DNA of 63,883 bases, filler included, from Octopus bimaculoides (Eukaryota): assembly GCF_001194135.2 (NCBI RefSeq). It is 5 parts of 5 records of this genome, joined end to end, with 100 filler letters (N's around TTAATTAATTAA, not from the genome) between each part and the next. Parts side by side here need not be neighbours in the genome. Positions count along the whole stretch, not along the records: positions 1 to 15,301 come from NC_068985.1; positions 15,402 to 35,472 come from NC_069010.1; 3 more parts are not named here. The stretch is one strand, 5' to 3'. The position numbers were made by a program, and so were the translations under genes. The notes under the pieces are model-generated. The model was not told the origin of the DNA, did no database searches, and saw only the letters and a program-made list of their open reading frames with translations. Of this stretch, positions 13,701 through 25,921 are shown in pieces (positions within the stretch are counted from its first letter, which is position 1; each line of letters opens with the position of its first letter).

Positions 13701-14749
13701 TTCAGTATCAAGTTTAAAACTTGATGTACGTATACGTGTGTACATGTGTGTGTTTTGCATCTATGTATATGTTTAAGTTTGTATATGTGTCATATCACGA
13801 AAGCAGTCATAATCAAGGAAGGGGTGTAGACTTAGTTAACTCTAACAGGATAGTTATGACTGGAAAACCAGCATGCTTCCCAACTCGATCTCCAACACAC
13901 ATTTCGCTAACCATTAACATTGCTGGATCTTGCTTCCAAGACTCCGAACAAAACATAATTCGTCCCTTCCTATGCTTGTAATCCATTGAAATCTCCTCTG
14001 GACTCACATTCTTTTCATATAAAACCAATCTACAAAGGTTCAACTTCAACATTCGCCTTATCAATCTCACTAATCGTGAGAAGACACAAAATTATTGGGC
14101 AATTCTTTTCCCCACTCTCATGCGCATGGGTCAGTGGTTAGAGCCAGGTATATATATATATATATATATATATATTGCGTGTGTGTGTTTGTGTGTCTGT
14201 GTCTGTGTCTGTGTCTGTGTCTGTGTCTGTTCGTTGTTCGTGTGCGTGTACGCGTGCGTCTTTAGCAGCTTTTTCAGAGACACGTATGCTTCGCTTTTCA
14301 GTCTGTACGCATTGCATGAGCGAGGCTACAGCGATTGAATTAACCTTCGCCTATAAAAGAGTTCCTTATTTTCTTTTGTGAACTACAGTCACCTTCAGCT
14401 GATCTCAGCTACCATAGCTAGCTCACGTGGCTTTCTTATGGATTCTCTCATCGTAGACGACAAATGAGACCTAGACTGGGTGGCGCTTAAAAAGTATATA
14501 GTATTTGCAAGTGTAGAGGGCCTTCATCACTAGCCGGTGATTTCCATACATGTAGGACGAGTAACTACCCAGAAACCTAGGTCTGTGTGTATCACATAAG
14601 GAGCGATGACCTCCCTTGTATATACTATACGGACACGAGTTGTGTGCCGTAGCCAACAGAAAAAGATGTCTTCCTGGGGATAAATAACAGTAACATTGTC
14701 CTTGTATAGGATTACCACACCATGTTAGCAAATAGACTTTATTCTTTCA

Positions 14750-14920
14750 TACCGATGTTGGTGTGTTTACGTCCTCGTAACGTAGCGGTTTGGCAAATAA
14801 GACAGACAGAATAAGTACTAGGCTTACAAAGAATAAGTCCTGGGGTCGATTTCTTTTACTAAAGGTGGTGCTCTAGCATGGCCGCAGTCAAATAACTGAA
14901 ACAAATAAAAGAATAAAACA
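14750..14920 (+). mobile_element. SINE family A 3' half
   Basis: GGTGTGTTTACGTCC...AGAATAAGTACTAGGCTTACAAAGAATAAGTCCTGGGGTCGA...GCATGGCCGCAGTCAAA. Confidence 0.8.
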
Positions 14921-14929
14921 ATATGTATG

Positions 14930-14982
<53 letters not shown>

Positions 14983-15301
14983 AGATATATATATATCAAA
15001 CAATTATGAAGTATACGGAGATAGGTACATCATAAAAATTTCGTCCTTTTAATTTTACAGTCGGTCGTACAGCAAAATTATTTCGTTACAATGACTGATA
15101 CGTGTTTCATAATCCCGGGAAGCGAACCCGGAGTTATCCATCGGCTGAATCACATCGAGATTGCTAATACTTATCGATCATTGACGCTTTGTAGTACTTG
15201 ATGCAGTTAGCCGTAACCTGGAATATACCCGAGAACTAATACAGTATCATCCTGGATCATTTTATCCCTAAACATTCACATGATATATACATATATATAT
15301 A

Positions 15302-15401
15302 NNNNNNNNNNNNNNNNNNNNNNNNNNNNNNNNNNNNNNNNNNNNTTAATTAATTAANNNNNNNNNNNNNNNNNNNNNNNNNNNNNNNNNNNNNNNNNNN
15401 N
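15302..15401. other. Artificial 100-bp scaffold linker N44-TTAATTAATTAA-N44 (also at 35473-35572, 51135-51234, 62492-62591)
   Basis: Four identical constructs; the 12-mer gives a stop codon in all six frames. Confidence 0.93.
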
Positions 15402-15448
<47 letters not shown>

Positions 15449-15720
15449 CATACACACACACACGTGTGTGTGTATGTATGTAGATAGACACATGCACTCA
15501 CGTTCACACACGTATACTGACAGACAAGCACACACATATACACGGGTAGATAGATATAGCTGTGAGGGCGAAAAATTCACTTCCGGGTTCGATTCTACTG
15601 TGTGGCACATTGGCATGCGTAATCCTCGATACACGCAGAAACCCGTCATCTGCCTGTCTGTCTGTCTATTTATCTATCTATCTATCTATCTACACAATAC
15701 ACTGACTCACACATTCACAG

Positions 15721-15752
<32 letters not shown>

Positions 15753-15858
15753 GACATACACAGATATAGGAGTCCGGATATTTAATGAATATATCATCTA
15801 AACCGATGTGGTAGAATACAAACATGGCAAATTTAAATACTTCTCCGTAGATTGAGAA

Positions 15859-15914
15859 AATCACGAACAGCCTTAATCGATTTTTCGTATCTTAGGTTCT
15901 CATCAGAGGTGATT
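15859..15914 (-). ncRNA. Hammerhead-like motif (intact core, weak stem II) at a Penelope-like end
   Basis: Minus strand: AATCACCT-CTGATGA-GAACCTAAGATAC-GAAA-AATCGA-TTA-AGG(CTGTTC)GTGATT. Confidence 0.5.
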
Positions 15915-16758
15915 ACATCTCTTGACCAATCCCGGAGAAATAAAGAGCTAATCTGTTTATATACTCAACAATTTCATAAGGGAGGGGGCGATTCAGAGTT
16001 TCACAAGGAGGGCCGGAGGGGGGGGGGACCTTGCCCTGGACTGAAGACCCGGATTGACCTCCTAACGGACGTTGAAATGTTCAGGGTGATGGACTTCTTC
16101 CCGAAGGACCAGTATAGGTTTGCCTTTTGGCACCGCGACCTGGAACTACAGGATTGCCTGCAGGAAGCATATGGCCTGGTCGAAGAGAGAGAGGATAAGA
16201 GGCCTTAGTGCCTCAATTCTTATNNNNNNNNNNNNNNNNNNNNNNNNNNNNNNNNNNNNNNNNNNNNNNNNNNNNNNNNNNNNNNNNNNNNNNNNNNNNN
16301 NNNNNNNNNNNNNNNNNNNNNNNNNNNNNNNNNNNNNNNNNNNNNNNNNNNNNNNNNNNNNNNNNNNNNNNNNNNNNNNNNNNNNNNNNNNNNNNNNNNN
16401 NNNNNNNNNNNNNNNNNNNNNNNNNNNNNNNNNNNNNNNNNNNNNNNNNNNNNNNNNNNNNNNNNNNNNNNNNNNNNNNNNNNNNNNNNNNNNNNNNNNN
16501 NNNNNNNNNNNNNNNNNNNNNNNNNNNNNNNNNNNNNNNNNNNNNNNNNNNNNNNNNNNNNNNNNNNNNNNNNNNNNNNNNNNNNNNNNNNNNNNNNNNN
16601 NNNNNNNNNNNNNNNNNNNNNNNNNNNNNNNNNNNNNNNNNNNNNNNNNNNNNNNNNNNNNNNNNNNNNNNNNNNNNNNNNNNNNNNNNNNNNNNNNNNN
16701 NNNNNNNNNNNNNNNNNNNNNNNNNNNNNNNNNNNNNNNNNNNNNNNNNNNNNNNNNN

Positions 16759-17085
16759 TCGGTTATCAATGATCATAGTATTGCCCCTAGAAAGTTCCTC
16801 TCCAAGGCACAAGTTCATTCAAGCTTGTTTATTGGAAGATCAGCAGTCGCCCATGCATACCAGCCTCTCCTTTTCACGCCGCCAATGTTATCCAAGGGAA
16901 AGGCAAAGGGGCCGATACAGCTTGGCACTTGTGTCATCACAACTCATTTCTACAGCTGAGTGAACTGCAGCAACGGGAAACAAAGTGTCTTGCTCAAGAA
17001 CTCAACACACAGCCCGGTCCAAGAATCGAACTCTCCACCTCGTGGTTGTGAGCCCGACGCTCTAGCCATTGAGCCATGACCCTTC
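16759..17085 (-). mobile_element. tRNA-headed SINE family C
   Basis: Minus strand has A box TGGCTCAATGG, B box GAGTTCGATTC, then CTTGAGCAAGACACTT...CAGTTCACTCAGCTGTAGAAATGAGT. Confidence 0.75.
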
Positions 17086-17089
17086 ACTA

Positions 17090-17370
17090 TAATCCAGTAC
17101 AGATGTCTTTTTTTTGGTGACCTCACTTGTCATCCCATCCATTGAATGCTCTGTGATATTATTGGAAGAGTTGCGACCTGTGCGGACCCAGCCAATCGGA
17201 AGCCCAGAGTAAGACATGACCTCTTGTGTGTCACCTGTACTTTCAAGCTTTGCAGATTTGCAACGGGACTGAACAATCATCTGGGAGGTCACGAATGGAA
17301 AGTCAGAAATGCCAGTGAACGAGGAAGGACATGGAGACGGCACTCATCTCTGGAAATGGAACAACCATCA
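17090..17370 (+). mobile_element. Possible RTE-type LINE C-terminal relic
   Basis: CVTCTFKLCRFATGLNNHLGGH resembles the C2H2-like finger at the end of RTE ORFs; short and degraded. Confidence 0.3.
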
Positions 17371-17561
17371 TGTGTGTGTGTGTGTGTGTATATATGTTTG
17401 TGCATTTGACTGTATGTGTGTCTGTGTATGTATGTATGTATATATATATATATATATATATATGTTTGTGTAAATGTGTATGTATGTATACGTATGTGTG
17501 TGTGTGTTGATAAATACAAAAATGTTTACACAAAGATACATACGTATACATATACGTATAA

Positions 17562-17599
<38 letters not shown>

Positions 17600-17719
17600 T
17601 GTGTGCGCTTTCGGCAGTTGCGTGTGTATGAATAATACAGCATTAATTAAGAATACTGTGAAATATTTTTAATTCCTTCTGTATCACTATACACACACGC
17701 ACGCACGCACACATGCACA

Positions 17720-17761
<42 letters not shown>

Positions 17762-18054
17762 TGTGTATATGACATATACACACACGCACATACGCAAAAA
17801 CATATAAAGTAACGCAGTGAAATATTTGTAATTTTGTCTTTTTCCATACACACACGCACACGCACACACACACACACTCGCCCATATATGTAGCCACACA
17901 TATGTACACACACATGCGTACATATGTATGCACACACACATGTATATCCGCGTACACACATGTGCATAGACAAACTGGCATGTACAGGCATATATATAAA
18001 TATATATATGCATGCATAGGTACGTACATATATGCATATATATATATATATATA

Positions 18055-18134
<80 letters not shown>

Positions 18135-18721
18135 CAAATATACACAGGTACACACACGTACTCACATACGGACACATACATACGTACGCGCATACACGCA
18201 CACAAACATATATATAGGTACACACACGTACACGCACACACATACGTACATGCATACACACACGCGTATACGCATGCACACATGTACACACGCACGCATA
18301 CATACACACGTATGCAAATATACATAGGTACACACACACACACGTACACGCATACACAAACATACGTACACACACATCTACACGCAAAAATACATAGTTT
18401 CACTGACGTACGTACAAGCATGTACACACACACACACAGACACACACACAGACACACACNNNNNNNNNNNNNNNNNNNNNNNNNNNNNNNNNNNNNNNNN
18501 NNNNNNNNNNNNNNNNNNNNNNNNNNNNNNNNNNNNNNNNNNNNNNNNNNNNNNNNNNNATATACATATATACGACAGGCTTCTTTCAGTTTCTGTCTAC
18601 CAAATTCACGTATTTATATATATCATTCAAATGTAATGCTTCAAGGTGGTGCCCCCAGTCGGTATGGCCACGGTTCAATGCCTGAAACAGACGAAAGGTA
18701 TCTTATTTCAAGACACCATTA

Positions 18722-18973
<252 letters not shown>

Positions 18974-18980
18974 CTACAAC

Positions 18981-19320
18981 ACCACCACCGGTCAAACCTT
19001 GCCCACCACTCCATACACTACGTTACTTTTTTTATAATTTTACAAGCACACCACCATTGAAATAGCATTGCGACTAGCACTGACCTAGCAGTCACTGACC
19101 TACCACCACCACCACCACTAAATTAGTAGCACCACCACCAGTCAAACCTTGCCCACCACTCCAGACACTACGTTACTTTTTACAAGCGCACCACCATTGA
19201 AATAGCATTGCAACTAGCACTGACCTACTACCATAACCACCACCACCACTAAATTAGTAGCACCACCACCGGTCAACTTTTGGTCATCATTCTATACACT
19301 ATGTTACTTTTACTACCACC
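18981..19320. repeat. Tandem repeat, about 2.5 copies of a 130-150 bp unit
   Basis: CACCACCACC(G/A)GTCAAACCTTGCCCACCACTCCA...TAAATTAGTAG starts at about 18981, 19131 and 19261. Confidence 0.9.
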
Positions 19321-19729
19321 AGCAACAACACTAAAGAACTAGCACCACTACCATACAACTACTACCACCACTAGCACCACCAATCCATATACTACAACAC
19401 TATTACACGCCTACCACCACTGAACAAGCAACATCACTACTACTACTACTACTACTATCACCCTCATCACTACCACCACTATTACTACTACCATCACCAC
19501 TACAATACTTATACTACTACTACTACTACTACTACTACTGCCATTTCACTATGACCATCACTACCACCTGTACCACTGCTATTGTTACTATGCCATAAGT
19601 ACTACCATTATTACCACCATCATCATGACCACCACCACAACCACAACTACTTCTACCCTTACCAGCATTATACCACCACAAACAATGGCCCACAACCAAT
19701 GCTACTACTACCATTAGTCAAAGAGGTAA

Positions 19730-20820
19730 AAACAAAAACAGATATGAGATAGAATGAGACAGGAGTCAAAAGAAAGAAGCAAAAACAGAAAAAGGTAATA
19801 CAAAATAAGAGAAGAAAAAAACAGAAAAAGACACCAGACAGAATAAGGTAGGAGTGAAAGTGTGAGAAGAAAAACAGAAAAAGGCAAGACAGAATAAGGT
19901 AGGAGTCAAAAAGAGAGAAGAAAAAAACCCAGAAAAGGCACCAGACAGAATGAGACAGGGGTCAAAGTGTGAGAAGAAAAAATAGAAAAAGGCAATACAA
20001 AATAAGGTAGGAGTCAAAAAGTAGAAGAATGAAAAACAGAAAGAAAAAAAAACCCGCATGACAGAATGAGACAGGAGTGAAAGGGAGAGAATCAAGAAAA
20101 TAATGAAAAAGATAGAATGAAGGGTAGGAAAAAACAGAAAAAGACAAGACACGATAAAGTAGGAGTTAAAAAGAGAAGAAAAAACAGAAAAAAGACACTA
20201 GGCAGAATAAGACAGGGATCAAAGAGTGAGATGAAAAAAAACAGAAAAAGGCAAGACATGATGAAGTAGGAGTTAAAGAGAGAAGAAAAAACAGAAAAAA
20301 GACACTAGGCAGAATAAGACAGGGGTCAAAGAGTGAGATGAAAAAAAAACAGAAAAAGGCAAGACACTGTGAAGTAGGAGTTAAAGAGAGGAGAAAAAAC
20401 AGAAAAAAGACACTAGGCAGAATAAGACAGGGGTCAAAGAGTGAGATGAAAAAAAAACAGAAAAAGGCAAGACACTGTGAAGTAAGAGTTAAAGAGAGAA
20501 GAAAAAACAGAAAAAAGACACTAGGCTGAATAAGACAGGGGTCAAAGAGTGAGATGAAAACAAACAGAAAAAGGCAAGACACTGTGAAGTAGGAGTTAAA
20601 GAGAGAAGAAAAAACAGAAAAAAGACACTAGGCAGAATAAGACAGGGATCAAAGAGATGAAAAAAACAGAAAAAGGCAAGGTAGGAGTCAAAAACAGAAG
20701 AATGAGAAACGGGGATAAAAACCGCATGACAGAGCGAGACGGGAGTCAAAAGAAGAGAATCAGGCAAAAAAACAAAAAAAAAGATAGGACCGAGGGTAGG
20801 GAAAAAAAACAGAAAAAGAA
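19730..20820. repeat. A-rich minisatellite with a dimeric 107-108 bp higher-order period
   Basis: GACACTA anchor at 20194, 20301, 20409, 20517 and 20624. Each period holds two diverged ~53-bp monomers; more degenerate monomers flank the array. Confidence 0.9.
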
Positions 20821-20878
20821 GGTGGAGTAAAGAAAGACAATAAGAAATAATGTGAATGTATTAAGGTATTCCACTGAC

Positions 20879-21019
20879 CAACTCCCTCAGAGCTATTTGT
20901 CGTTCACACAAGGCTGTGTACATCTTTTTCCCGATGGCTGTTGTCTGCAACGTAGTGATCATCTGCATCTTCAGGTCATTGCTTTCAATAATGTCCATCT
21001 CAAGCATCCCACAGAGGGC
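20879..21019 (-). CDS. CMIP: CMIP coding exon, 141 nt, phase 0-0
   Basis: GACAG|...|GTCAGT. ALCGMLEMDIIESNDLKMQMITTLQTTAIGKKMYTALCERQIALREL vs human [47 protein letters not shown]. Confidence 0.94.
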
Positions 21020-21228
21020 CTGTCGATGAAAGGGCCACGTAAGTAAAGATGTGTAATATGATGACGATAATAATAATAATAATGATAATAATAATAACTT
21101 TGTAAATGAACAATCTGGGTGTGTTTATTTTAATGGCCTACCAATGTAATACGTACAGTATGTTTCTCTGCCCTAGGTGTCGGGAAGACACTCAGCGAGA
21201 AACAGAATTTAAAGAAGATGATAATGAA

Positions 21229-21272
<44 letters not shown>

Positions 21273-21647
21273 TAATAATAATAATAATAATAATCCTTTC
21301 TACTAAAGGCACAAGGCCTGAAAATTTGGGGGCTAAAAAGTAAATAAATAAATATTCTGAAAATGTGTGTATGTGAATAACACAAATANNNNNNNNNNNN
21401 NNNNNNNNNNNNNNNNNNNNNNNNNNNNNNNNNNNNNNNNNNNNNNNNNNNNNNNNNNNNNNNNNNNNNNNNNNNNNNNNNNNNNNNNNNNNNNNNNNNN
21501 NNNNNNNNNNNNNNNNNNNNNNNNNNNNNNNNNNNNNNNNNNNNNNNNNNNNNNNNNNNNNNNNNNNNNNNNNNNNNNNNNNNNNNNNNNNNNNNNNNNN
21601 NNNNNNNNNNNNNNNNNNNNNNNNNNNNNNNNNNNNNNNNNNNNNNN

Positions 21648-22080
21648 TCTCCCTCTCCCTCTCCTCCCACTTCCTGTAGCTCTCTCTCTCTTTCTTTCAC
21701 TTCCTTCTTCTTCCTTCTCATCTCTCTTTCTCTTTCTGCCCTTCTACTTTTTCCATCTCTCTCCCCACTTTCACTCCCACCCTCTTTCTCACTCTATCTC
21801 TCTCTGTCTCTCCCTCCCTCCCTTTCTTTGCCATCTCTCTCTCTTCCCTCTCTCTCTTTCTCCCTCTCCCTCTCACAGTTTCATCTCTCCCTTTCTCATC
21901 TCTCTCTGTCCCTCTTTCTCTGCTTTCTTCTCTCTCTCCCTCTCCCTCTCCTCCCACTTCCTGTAGCTCTCTCTCTCTTTCTCCACACCTCTCCCTACCT
22001 CTCTCTGTTTCCTCCCTACTATCTCCTACTCTCATCTTTTCTCCATCTCTCTCTCTCTCTCTCCCCTTTTCTCATCCCCC
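21648..22080. repeat. (CT)n-rich low-complexity tract
   Basis: Almost pure C/T on the + strand, with CTCCCTCTCCTCCCACTTCCTGTAGCTCTCTC repeated at about 21655 and 21941. Confidence 0.9.
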
Positions 22081-22097
22081 CTCAAGCAATATCTCAC

Positions 22098-22211
22098 CTC
22101 CATGGCAGCCTCTTTACCCCTAAGGGCCAATAACATCACTGGGTTAACACTTTTGCTCAGCTCCAGGAGAAACGTCTTCCTTTTGCAGCAACATCTAATC
22201 AAAGTGTTCAG
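22098..22211 (-). CDS. CMIP: CMIP coding exon, 114 nt, phase 0-0
   Basis: CCCAG|...|GTGAGA. LNTLIRCCCKRKTFLLELSKSVNPVMLLALRGKEAAME vs human [39 protein letters not shown]. Confidence 0.93.
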
Positions 22212-22341
22212 CTGGGGATGACAAAATAATTAACCAGTTAATTACGGTGTTTAATAAATATTTACAATATTAATAATAACAATAAGAGAACTCAGAGAGC
22301 ACAAACCGCTGCCAAGGCAACACCAACATCCTCTCAATGAT

Positions 22342-23325
22342 TAGCCGGAGATGATTGGCTGTGTGGTAAGTAGCTTGCTTACCAACCACATGGTTCCGGG
22401 TTTATTCCCACTGCGTGACACCTTGGGCAAGTGTCTTCTACCATAGCCTCGGGCTGACCAAAGCCTTGTGTGTGGATTTGGTAGACGGAAACTGAAAGAG
22501 GCCCGTCGTATATATGTGTGTATATACATATATATATATATATATATATANNNNNNNNNNNNNNNNNNNNNNNNNNNNNNNNNNNNNNNNNNNNNNNNNN
22601 NNNNNNNNNNNNNNNNNNNNNNNNNNNNNNNNNNNNNNNNNNNNNNNNNNNNNNNNNNNNNNNNNNNNNNNNNNNNNNNNNNNNNNNNNNNNNNNNNNNN
22701 NNNNNNNNNNNNNNNNNNNNNNNNNNNNNNNNNNNNNNNNNNNNNNNNNNNNNNNNNNNNNNNNNNNNNNNNNNNNNNNNNNNNNNNNNNNNNNNNNNNN
22801 NNNNNNNNNNNNNNNNNNNNNNNNNNNNNNNNNNNNNNNNNNNNNNNNNNNNNNNNNNNNNNNNNNNNNNNNNNNNNNNNNNNNNNNNNNNNNNNNNNNN
22901 NNNNNNNNNNNNNNNNNNNNNNNNNNNNNNNNNNNNNNNNNNNNNNNNNNNNNNNNNNNNNNNNNNNNNNNNNNNNNNNNNNNNNNNNNNNNNNNNNNNN
23001 NNCAATGATTAGCCGGAGATGATTGGCTGTGTGGTAAGTAGCTTGCTTACCAACCACATGGTTCCGGGTTCATTCCCACTGCGTGGCACATTGGGCAAGT
23101 GTCTTCTACTATAGCCTCGGGCCGACCAAAGCCTTGTGAGTGGATTTGGTAGACGGAAACTGAAAGAAGCCCGTCGTATATATATATATGTATATATATG
23201 TATGTATGTGTGTGTGTATATGTTTGTGTGTCTGTGTTTGTCCCCCCCCCCACCAAGCATCGTTTGACAACCGATGCTGGTGTGTTTACATCCCCCGTAA
23301 CTTAGCGGTTTGGCAAAAAGGGTCT
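22342..23325 (+). mobile_element. SINE family A, two starts separated by an N gap
   Basis: GGCTGTGTGGTAAGTAGCTTGCTTACCAACCACATGGTTCCGGGTT at about 22365 and 23025. The second copy ends about 10 nt from the CMIP donor at 23333. Confidence 0.85.
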
Positions 23326-23333
23326 TTACTCAC

Positions 23334-23490
23334 CATAATGCCCCATAATTCTCCGTCGTCATCACAACAAATGTTTCCTGGACAGTAGAGATTGAACCAT
23401 CCTTCCTTATTCTCGCGGATACTCAACAGTGTCTGGTGTGTGTTACAGCTTGGGTCGAGGGCAATCTGTTTGATGATGGGCTTCATGCGC
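23334..23490 (-). CDS. CMIP: CMIP coding exon, 157 nt, phase 2-0
   Basis: TGCAG|...|GTGAGT. RMKPIIKQIALDPSCNTHQTLLSIRENKEGWFNLYCPGNICCDDDGELWGIM vs human ...[42 protein letters not shown]. Confidence 0.95.
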
Positions 23491-23679
23491 CTGCAACAAG
23501 AGAGAGAGGGATCAAGAAAGTGGGGGGGGCATTAGAACACTGGGTGTGCCCACACCACAACTACAACCACCAAAAAAAACCCGCGACATATATCGTAACC
23601 CCCACCCCCAACTAAATCACCTGAGTAACCCTTGCCTCCTTTGTCCACTCACTCAGATGCATGTGCATGTGTATGCGTG

Positions 23680-23860
23680 CAGGTGACACGTAAAAGCACT
23701 CTCTGAGTGGTTGGCGTTAGGAAGGGCATCCGGCTGTAGAAACTCTGCCAAATTTAGATTGGAGCCTGGTGTTGCCATCCGGTTTCACCAGTCCTCAGTC
23801 AAATCGTCCAACCCATGCTAGCATGGAAAGCGGACGTTAAACGATGATGATGATGATGTA
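23680..23860 (+). mobile_element. Short retroposon family D with (GAT)n tail
   Basis: TGGCGTTAGGAAGGGCATCC...CAACCCATGCTAGCATGGAAAGCGGACGTTAAACGATGATGATG; inverted copy at 30485-30740. Confidence 0.8.
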
Positions 23861-24717
23861 TGCTCTTGAAATGAACACTTCTTAAGCAGGATTTGACTCA
23901 ATTACTAGACACTTTNNNNNNNNNNNNNNNNNNNNNNNNNNNNNNNNNNNNNNNNNNNNNNNNNNNNNNNNNNNNNNNNNNNNNNNNNNNNNNNNNNNNN
24001 NNNNNNNNNNNNNNNNNNNNNNNNNNNNNNNNNNNNNNNNNNNNNNNNNNNNNNNNNNNNNNNNNNNNNNNNNNNNNNNNNNNNNNNNNNNNNNNNNNNN
24101 NNNNNNNNNNNNNNNNNNNNNNNNNNNNNNNNNNNNNNNNNNNNNNNNNNNNNNNNNNNNNNNNNNNNNNNNNNNNNNNNNNNNNNNNNNNNNNNNNNNN
24201 NNNNNNNNNNNNNNNNNNNNNNNNNNNNNNNNNNNNNNNNNNNNNNNNNNNNNNNNNNNNNNNNNNNNNNNNNNNNNNNNNNNNNNNNNNNNNNNNNNNN
24301 NNNNNNNNNNNNNNNNNNNNNNNNNNNNNNNNNNNNNNNNNNNNNNNNNNNNNNNNNNNNNNNNNNNNNNNNNNNNNNNNNNNNNNNNNNNNNNNNNNNN
24401 NNNNNNNNNNNNNNNNNNNNNNNNNNNNNNNNNNNNNNNNNNNNNNNNNNNNNNNNNNNNNNNNNNNNNNNNNNNNNNNNNNNNNNNNNNNNNNNNNNNN
24501 NNNNNNNNNNNNNNNNNNNNNNNNNNNNNNNNNNNNNNNNNNNNNNNNNNNNNNNNNNNNNNNNNNNNNNNNNNNNNNNNNNNNNNNNNNNNNNNNNNNN
24601 NNNNNNNNNNNNNNNNNNNNNNNNNNNNNNNNNNNNNNNNNNNNNNNNNNNNNNNNNNNNNNNNNNNNNNNNNNNNNNNNNNNNNNNNNNNNNNNNNNNN
24701 NNNNNNNNNNNNNNNNN

Positions 24718-24768
<51 letters not shown>

Positions 24769-24857
24769 GTATATATACACATACATACATATATACATAT
24801 AATCATACAATATATAAATACACACACACACGCATATATTTGATATACAATACTTAC

Positions 24858-24884
24858 GAAGTGAAGAAAGAGTGTCCAATGGCA
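24858..24884 (-). CDS. CMIP: CMIP 27-nt microexon, phase 2-2
   Basis: Long pyrimidine tract + TACAG|TGCCATTGGACACTCTTTCTTCACTTC|GTAAGT. Gives (D)AIGHSFFT(S), filling exactly the human ALAHEKFTK segment. Confidence 0.9.
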
Positions 24885-25038
24885 CTGTAGAGAGAAAATA
24901 GAAAATGAAAGGAAATTAGAATAAAACAGAATAAATATGTCGGTTATTTCATTTATTTATTTTTTGCTTGCAGTTTTCCATTCATACAAACCAACAAAAA
25001 CATTCAATATAAATAACTAAAATACAGAAAAACAAAAG

Positions 25039-25072
<34 letters not shown>

Positions 25073-25609
25073 GATACATATATGTATCAAAAGGATGTGT
25101 TATAACACTATTCCACATACACAAAAGCAGCCATATCAACAATCCGACATACTGCCATCATCAGCTGCCTCACGGATATCATTATGGTTTCAACACCTGG
25201 ACAGTACCATTCAATCCAGCGGTGTCAACAGCACTAAAATAAGTGCTGTTTGGGAACAAACGTATGCATCTTCTTTCTTATTTCTTAACTTCAGATTCAC
25301 ACCTCTAATCCCACCAAATATTATGAAGCAAAGATTATCTCCCTTGTAGCAGTCATCATTGGTGAACTCAACGAGTTTGAAAATTTTTTTCTCTATAGTT
25401 ACTAACTTTATCTCTTTATTTACTTCACTCGTTGGAATGTGGCCATGCTGGAGCACCATCCTGAAAGGTTTAGTTTAACACTTGCCCAAGGTGCTATACA
25501 GTGGGGCGGAACCCAAAATCACTGCCACTTACACAGAAAAATATAAGGATGAACAAGACGTCAAAAAAGCAGATGAATAATTAGGTAAGTTTTTAGTTTC
25601 TTAACTTAC

Positions 25610-25675
25610 TCAGTAGGAAAGGGGACAGGCTGCAGAAGACTTCCCAAGATGCATCTCCAATCATCGTAATGTGTC
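25610..25675 (-). CDS. CMIP: CMIP coding exon, 66 nt, phase 2-2
   Basis: TTCTAG|...|GTAAGT. THYDDWRCILGSLLQPVPFPT(D) vs human [22 protein letters not shown]. Confidence 0.95.
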
Positions 25676-25850
25676 CTAGAAAAAGAGCAGATAAAATATA
25701 TTTAAATATATATGTATATAGCAGAATAGTATAATTAGCATAATGTGTTGTCTGATATATATAAATGTTTTTAATTCTTTTTTTCATAAAACTAGTACAA
25801 TGCAAATTAAAAGAAATTAAGTAAGTCAAGGGTTAGTACTTTTACCTTAT

Positions 25851-25890
25851 ATTTCAATATTTTGGGTTTAAAACCCCTTCTTCAGGAAAT
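25851..25890 (-). ncRNA. Minimal type I hammerhead motif, G12-to-A variant (CMIP sense strand)
   Basis: Minus strand: ATTTC-CTGAAGA-AGGGGTTTTAAACCC-AAAA-TATT-GAAAT. Confidence 0.6.
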
Positions 25891-25921
25891 CTACAGAGAA
25901 ATGGTTTTGTGATTTCTGGAG

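Noticed and set aside
13813-14070. 85-aa minus-strand ORF as the missing CMIP LRR exon
   Set aside because: No frame resembles FGDxGL/LNLCETP/LNxNST; unassigned.
15346-15357. TTAATTAATTAA as a biological motif (also at 35517, 51179, 62536)
   Set aside because: It always sits in the centre of an exact 44N+12+44N block; it is an assembly spacer.
16990-17085. tRNA genes at SINE heads (also about 42470 and 48230)
   Set aside because: A/B boxes are present, but they run into SINE bodies without a complete cloverleaf or acceptor stem.
17062-17343. 93-aa minus-strand ORF as the next CMIP exon
   Set aside because: No CMIP similarity, and frames from the nearest AG acceptor close early. The plus strand better fits a LINE relic.
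25095-25400. Coding-looking intronic segment with CTGATGA on the minus strand
   Set aside because: It lacks the GAAA core, and the peptides match nothing I recognise; CMIP needs no exon here.
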